In this document: positions 8,296-13,934 of the stretch, in pieces
Position numbering within the stretch: position 1 is the first letter of the stretch
How the letters are laid out: every line of letters starts with the position of its first letter
Assembly (NCBI RefSeq): GCF_006345805.1
Contig: NW_021826579.1
Span: 1 to 13,934 of the forward strand
Direction: 5' to 3'
Length of the DNA: 13,934 bases
From: Octopus sinensis
Lineage: Eukaryota
Program-made: the position numbers and the translations under genes
The notes under the pieces: generated by a model
Database searches by the model: none
What the model was told of the DNA's origin: nothing
What the model saw: only the letters and a program-made list of their open reading frames with translations

Positions 8296-8854
8296 AATGC
8301 ACTGATGATGCAGTACCAGCAGTGGCTCTCATGGCATTCTGATCTTTAACTGATTGGAAGTGTTATCATGTACATTTTTTGTCTTGGTATAAAGATGGGC
8401 TACACAAAATATTCTGCTCAATACCACAGATTTGCTTGTCAGTTGTTTGACCTTAACCAGTTGAGCATGTCTCTTAGTGGCTGACGATATGTGCATCTCT
8501 GATCACGAGCAGAAGTAGTGGGGGAGCATCATAGCCATGTTTTGAGAGGGATTCTTTGGGGTGTGAATAGTTCACCTCTGGAAACATGGGTGGTTCTTTC
8601 AACATCCTTAAACAACCCTTATTCAGGGACCGTTTGAGCGGGATGGCTACTCAACTTGAAGAAAATCTAACTGGGGCCCACCTGCAAGGTCTGTGCTGTT
8701 TATCTTGATATGAGATCACCAATGTCGCGCAACATATGGTTGTGATGCATGTGCCTGGTGTACCTCTATCAGACGGTAGTCATGATGGGTATATTGGGCT
8801 TCGTATATTTTACCCCAGTGGGTCACTTTGATGGCATGCACTGCTCTCTCACTC
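8296..8854 (-). mobile_element. ~560-bp (AAT)n-flanked repeat, copy C (complete)
   Basis: Reverse complement covers both A and B; bounded by (AAT/AAC)n at 8215-8296 and 8855-9003. Confidence 0.88.
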
Positions 8855-8924
8855 AATAATAAAATATAATAATAATAATAATAATAATAAAAACAATAAC
8901 AACAACAACAACAACAACAACAAC

Positions 8925-8982
<58 letters not shown>

Positions 8983-9003
8983 TAATAATAACAATAATAA
9001 TAA
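8855..9003. repeat. (AAT)n-(AAC)n-(AAT)n array
   Basis: Read directly. Confidence 0.97.
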
Positions 9004-9227
9004 TGAAAGTTGAAAGTTACATATAATCTAACAAGTCATTTTTTAATCAAACCTTCCAACATATTTTGAATCTGCAAATTAAAGGCTTAATGCGAAAAGT
9101 ATTAAAAAATATTTATGAAAAAAAGAAAAATTAATATTCACAATCCACACAAATTTGATTTATTGTTTTTAAAAATCCTCATAAAACAGAATGCAAGACG
9201 TATTACATCAAAATATTCTGTTTGACT

Positions 9228-9426
9228 CACTCCCGCCACCGCTTAGCACCCGGTGTTGGCCTGCTGACGTCGCGTTGTTAGCGGTTCGGCGAAAGAGACA
9301 GAAAACATAAGCACCAAACTTTAAAGAATAGAAACCGTGCTGGAGTTGATTGGTTCGACAAAAACTCTTCCAGAGGGTGCTCGAATATGGCCGCAGTTCA
9401 GTAGGTGAATCAAGTAAAATATAAGT
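9228..9426 (+). mobile_element. Old SINE family 2, 3' half
   Basis: TTAGCGGTTCGGCGAAAGAGAC...TTCGAC...TATGGCCGCAGT...CAAGTAAAA aligns with about 4080-4250. Confidence 0.7.
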
Positions 9427-9739
9427 GATAGTACTTATTAATATCAAGCCGCAAGTATATACTAATTTGTGAGTATCCTTTGAATATGATTGTAGACGTT
9501 TCCGAATTTGATTGTGAACATACAAGTTCAAATATTACGATAACAGTACAACAATTTCCCATCATCTCACCGTGCTCTTTCAACAAAGAAGTAATTACAG
9601 TGCGCAACATCACAAAACACAAGAAAATCTAGACATTAAAATATTGATGGACAATACGTCTATACTTTGAAAAATTCCTCACTGAAAAAAGACAATAATG
9701 AAAGCAATACCCACAGCAAAGCACAATAACCAATATATA

Positions 9740-9889
9740 TTGGGTTGTCCGGAAAGTTCGTGCCGATTTATAGTAGCTTATCTTTCGACTTGTTTTAGAA
9801 CATAGTTTAGTCCATAAAATAGGATTTGACTACACCTCCATTTAGAGCACAGTTTAAGCTATCTTTTCGTGGAAGATGGTTTATGTTCC
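9740..9889. mobile_element. Solo Tc1/mariner end (TIR + subterminal sequence)
   Basis: TA followed by TTGGGTTGTCCGGAAAGTTCGTGCCGATTT, a mariner-type TIR pattern. No partner TIR in the window; orientation not resolved. Confidence 0.65.
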
Positions 9890-10282
9890 AGAGAGGCTAA
9901 ATGCAGGTGAACTGTAATGATATGCTTTGTTCTGAAATCGTTGGTATTTTAATCAAAACGAAACTAAATTTTGTCGTAAATTATAATAAATTTATTTTAT
10001 CATTTTCGCACACACACATACACGCACGCACACAAACACACACATAAACACACACAATACTTTTGTCTAAAAAATATTGTCGCTCATGCAGCATTAGTAA
10101 ACTTCAGATATTCTATTAGTATAAAATAGTGCACAATAACCACGATAAATACTCAAATAGCATGGACTAATTACACACAGAAATAAGGATTTGCCTGATA
10201 ACGTACAAATGTACCCAATGAAATTCAAATTCCAGTAGAAGTGCTACACTGAGTGAAGGTCATGAACCCCTTACAGAGAGGA

Positions 10283-10457
10283 GGGCCTTGACTTAGTCGT
10301 TAAGAGTGTTGGACTCATGATCGTAAGATTGAAGTTTCGATTCCTGGACAGGGGAGCCGCGTTCTGTTCTTGAGCAAGATACTTCATTCCACGCTGCTCC
10401 AATCTCATCAGTTGGCAAAAAGGAGTCTTCACGTGACAGCCCGGCGTCCCGTTCAGC
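10283..10457 (+). mobile_element. tRNA-derived SINE, family 3
   Basis: A-box-like TGACTTAGTCGTT at 10289; B-box GTTTCGATTCC at 10334-44 with tRNA-like spacing. Confidence 0.75.
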
Positions 10458-10550
10458 ACCCATGATCGACAGACCGTGGTTTCGATTCCACAGCCGGACG
10501 GTGAGTTGTGTTCAAAATATATAATTTCACGTTGTTGTAGCACACTGAGA
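10458..10550 (+). mobile_element. Tandem partial second copy of SINE family 3
   Basis: CATGATCG...GGTTTCGATTCC...TTGTGTTC...TTTCACG repeats 10316-10395; second B box at 10479-89. Confidence 0.6.
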
Positions 10551-11130
10551 TAATCGTCTTATCACCAGACCAGACACGTGGACACACCTTTAAGTGCACA
10601 CAAGAGCCTGCTAGGAGTATTAAACCTGGTAACGGGTGAAATCTACCCTCTACAAACCCATAACACTCCATCCTCCTAGCTTTGGATTATATCTTCTAAC
10701 TATGTTCTCCATCTTTTTTAGAAACATTGAGATGTAATCTGAAGGTGGTTTGGCTTGTATTTGTAGTAGTATTGGGCCGCAACGAGAAACTCCCAAGTTG
10801 GCTTGGCTTTCGTCAGTAGGTGCCATAACTATGTTGAACATAGTGACGTAGAAAGTTGGGACTTTCTATAGTTGACATGTATCTTATCATTGCTGGGATG
10901 CGGTTAGACCCAAACATGACTATCGATAAATACAGGTATGTCATATACTATACAAGATAAATTCTTGCTTTATTAAATCATCTCCGCCCCTAGAGAATGT
11001 TGTAATTTACTAAATGGCAATTGAGACCTGCTTCACTTGAGAATGAGAAATACTGTTAAGATTCAAGAATTTACCAAAAGGAGGATTCTACACCAAGGAA
11101 AATGATGGGTTTATCAGACTGCAGAAGAAA

Positions 11131-11188
11131 GGACTGTCGTAGATACGTGTTTCTGGCTCAGTAGCCGTCATCAGAACGACAGTTGTCC
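11131..11188 (-). ncRNA. Minimal type I hammerhead motif, mildly degenerate
   Basis: Minus strand reads GGACAACTGTCGTT-CTGATGA-CGGCT ACTG AGCCA-GAAAC-AC-GT-A-TCT-ACGACAGTCC. The core is intact, stem II is GGCT/AGCC, stem I has an 8-bp ACTGTCGT/ACGACAGT, but the core-adjacent pairs are broken. Confidence 0.65.
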
Positions 11189-11451
11189 AACCTTATCTCC
11201 AGTAGTCATGGGACTTAGATTTATACTAAAAAAAAAAAAATTAAAGAGTCGAACAAATTTATGACCAAGGTGATTTGCATAATTTAAACAGAAAAAGGGC
11301 TGAAAGAAATAACATGAAGAAACTGAACACTGTTAACCTAAATTTCCCAAGAAACATCACAAAACGAAATATTTAAGAGATACTCAATCTTGATGAAGGA
11401 TTTTCTTATCTCCCTTCCTTCCCCTTTCTTATACTCAGGCAAACTCTTACA

Positions 11452-11457
11452 ACACAA

Positions 11458-11504
<47 letters not shown>
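11452..11504. repeat. (CA)n
   Basis: Read directly. Confidence 0.97.
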
Positions 11505-11507
<3 letters not shown>

Positions 11508-11886
11508 TTCCATGCGCACCTACACGCATACACTTACCCATACAAACATTTGCAAACATTTTTATAAGTAAAACACAAAATGATATTGTTATATTCGTTT
11601 CCAATTTTAAAATTTTATAATTCTTTCCATATAACGGGATTTTTCTTAAGCAACCCAAATCACAAAACTTTTACTGCTTCAAAACAAAAGCGATTCAGAT
11701 TCTACCAATATACGCCTGTGTATACATACTTTTTCACCCATTTGTTTTTATAGTTTATAATTGATTTATGAAGCCAGTCAGTAGAAGAAGTTCTTGCCAT
11801 ATGACTACCGGCTGTATAACTAAAGAATTGTTGCCGTCACGCTGATAGATCTTGGAATTTAACATCGACCAATATCTTCATCTTAG

Positions 11887-11956
11887 GTGACAAACTTTTC
11901 AATGGTTGACATACTTGCCATTGCTGGCAACGTCTGGCATTCCAACCACGATTGGG
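11887..11956 (+). other. Possible 70-nt internal exon
   Basis: Acceptor TCTTCATCTTAG|G, donor GGG|GTATGT; one open frame, VTNFSMVDILAIAGNVWHSNHDW. No homology recognised. Confidence 0.25.
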
Positions 11957-12093
11957 GTATGTCTTTCTCCTGTTCTTTCACTCCATCTTACTAGGTTTTG
12001 TATCCAACTTCTTTATGTTTGTGGGTACAGAAATATCTTCGGATGTATATTTATGTTGGCGGGGCGTAAGAATTTCCACACGCGAGCGCATGT

Positions 12094-12485
12094 GTTGTAT
12101 GTATGTATGTATGTATGTATGTATGTATGTATGTATGTATGTATGTATGTATGTGTGCATGTATGTATGTTGCACTTATATATCTGTGTGTATGAATGTG
12201 TGTATACACATACATAAATACTTCTATGTATGCATGTATGTATGTCTGTCTGTCTGTACGTGTTAATAATGTATATATATATATATATAATATATACTAT
12301 ACATATATACGTAAACATGTATATAAAGATACATGCGTACATACTTCTGATTACAGACATTTGGGAAACTGTGTGTATACGTCTATGTAAATATGTATAC
12401 ATACATATATGTGTTTATGTGTTTATAAAGTATATATATGTGTGTGTGTGTGTGTAATAGATGCAAGAGTGGGTATGTATGTGTA
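12094..12485. repeat. (TATG)n followed by mixed TA/TG low-complexity sequence
   Basis: Read directly. Confidence 0.93.
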
Positions 12486-13053
12486 CTGAAGAATTGTGTT
12501 TTGTTGTTGTTTTGACTGGAAAATGTGTTGGTGGAGAAGAAAACAATGGCGTGTTAAAATTGTAAGCAATTTTGCGGTTGTTTCCCGTGTTGTTGCTTAA
12601 ACACAAACTAGAAATGGCAAGAAGCTGAGGTAGGAAAAATATTATTAGTGTTGCGAAGTAGTCAAACAGCTGTGATGCCTTGTTTTTTCCAATGACCTGT
12701 TATTAATAGTATTTGTGTTAAGCCAGTGCCGAAGTGACAGTCACTTTGGACAAAGTTATCAAGATGGCTACAGCAGGTGTTAATAAGAGTGCAGACCGGT
12801 TCAGCAACGATTACGTTATAATTGAGTCAACTTAGACAAATTTGCTAATGTTTACCTACGCCGTAACAAGATGTCTTATCGACCTTAAACCATTCACAAG
12901 TCACTAAATAATGCCAGATGGATTCATTACCATTTTGTCTTCGGGATTTTTTAAAGGATTTCTTCCGGGTTGAACTACTTTCCAATGGACACTTCTTGGT
13001 AAATTATGGATCTTTTATACAATTTTATTAATTAGGAGTTTTCCTTTGACGAT

Positions 13054-13200
13054 GTTATTGTTGTTGTTGTTGTTATTGTTGTTGTTGTTGTTATTGTTGT
13101 TGCTTAGTCCCGAGTGAGCCAACAAACCCATGGCCAAAGTAAATCTAGTTGTCACTATCCCAGCATTTTCCAAGTTATAGTGTACCTTGGATAATACCAT
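13054..13200 (-). mobile_element. Possible retroelement 3' remnant with a (CAA)n tail
   Basis: Minus strand ends ...GCTCACTCGGGACTAAGC followed by (AAC)n, which resembles short-repeat-tailed RTE-type ends. No protein motif recognised. Confidence 0.3.
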
Positions 13201-13431
13201 CAAACATGGCCGTGATTTTAAAAAGAAACTAGAGCATAATTTGAAGGAGTAATAGCTGATATGTCTTGCAAGCGACCACGTAGACACTCCTTCGGGGGTT
13301 GTTGATGTAGAAATGAAAAGGCAAGAGAGGATCCGGTTAATGTTAAGAGAGCAGACTGGAAGTATCTTCAGAGCCAAGAAACAAACGTCCGATTTGCTGA
13401 GGTTGCGAGTCGGTTTTGATTTACCTTTTAA

Positions 13432-13646
13432 CCCTTTGCCAACCAGATTATTCTATCAAATATTATATTTATTCTATTGTTTTGCATTAATCCTGCATTA
13501 TCTCATAGTTTTGAGATTTTGATGATATGATTGTTTATATCTAGAATGATATTGTAAGGTAGGTGAGAGAGGCCAGATCTAGCCAGTTTGAACGTAAAAC
13601 AAGTAAAATATTCAGACCGGATACGACCGGTTTAAATGTTAAAGGG
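13432..13646. mobile_element. piggyBac-like MITE, ~215 bp
   Basis: TTAA (13428-31) then CCCTTT...AAAGGG termini. The right TTAA is degraded to TGGT. The internal sequence resembles an abundant octopus MITE, from recall. Confidence 0.62.
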
Positions 13647-13934
13647 TGGTAGTTTCATTTTACATCGTGCACAAGTGCCCTTCAGATGTACATAAAATTC
13701 CTATACTCCCTAAATTCTTTAAAATATGACCTCATTGTGCCTTATCAGAAATAAGACGAAATACTGCAAAGGCAAATGAGAGGAGATAAGCTTCTGGCGA
13801 GAAGTCACAGCAAAACGATTTCGATTCTCAGTAGCAACAGTTTCCTTTTTCACAATCATATAGAATATACCACTCCAAAAATCCTGAACATTGGAAACAT
13901 TCCACAGACTAAACTCATGGAAGTGATTGTAGAT

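Noticed and set aside
8470-8540. CTGACGA conserved in the 560-bp repeat as a possible hammerhead
   Set aside because: Followed by GAAG rather than GAAA, and lacks stems II and III in the right register. An attempted HDV-like fold at the repeat start also failed.
9790-9889. Minus-strand resemblance to a mariner transposase C-terminus
   Set aside because: Needs two frameshifts; the region may equally be the 5' UTR, so orientation was left open.
9930-9980. CTGAAAT...CGAAAC...GTC hammerhead-like order
   Set aside because: The core is not CUGANGA and stem I is absent.
10650-10841. 63-aa minus-strand ORF
   Set aside because: No recognisable domain; not a convincing PLE GIY-YIG fragment.
13015-13377. 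120-aa minus-strand ORF
   Set aside because: Ends in a microsatellite poly-N run; no RT or endonuclease motifs found in any frame.

Overview
AT-rich, microsatellite-dense eukaryotic non-coding DNA with no intact protein-coding gene. The SINE families and repeat landscape look like octopus/cephalopod genomic DNA; this is inferred from my recall of those repeat families, not from a database search. Almost every supplied ORF is a microsatellite or repeat artefact. Recognisable content: about eight tRNA-derived SINE copies or fragments from three families, two tandem CR1-like LINE 3' ends, an R4/Dong-type LINE 3' end, three copies of a ~560-bp (AAT)n-flanked repeat, one mariner end and a piggyBac-like MITE. 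The main observation is six type I hammerhead-ribozyme (HHR) motifs. One is fully canonical with an unusually long stem II (1771-1870), one has a compensatory U3-A8 core (3495-3533), and four are decayed. Four of the six lie in inverted-repeat or fold-back structures, and two of those structures are flanked by (TA)n arrays. This resembles non-autonomous Penelope-like-element (PLE)/retrozyme derivatives.
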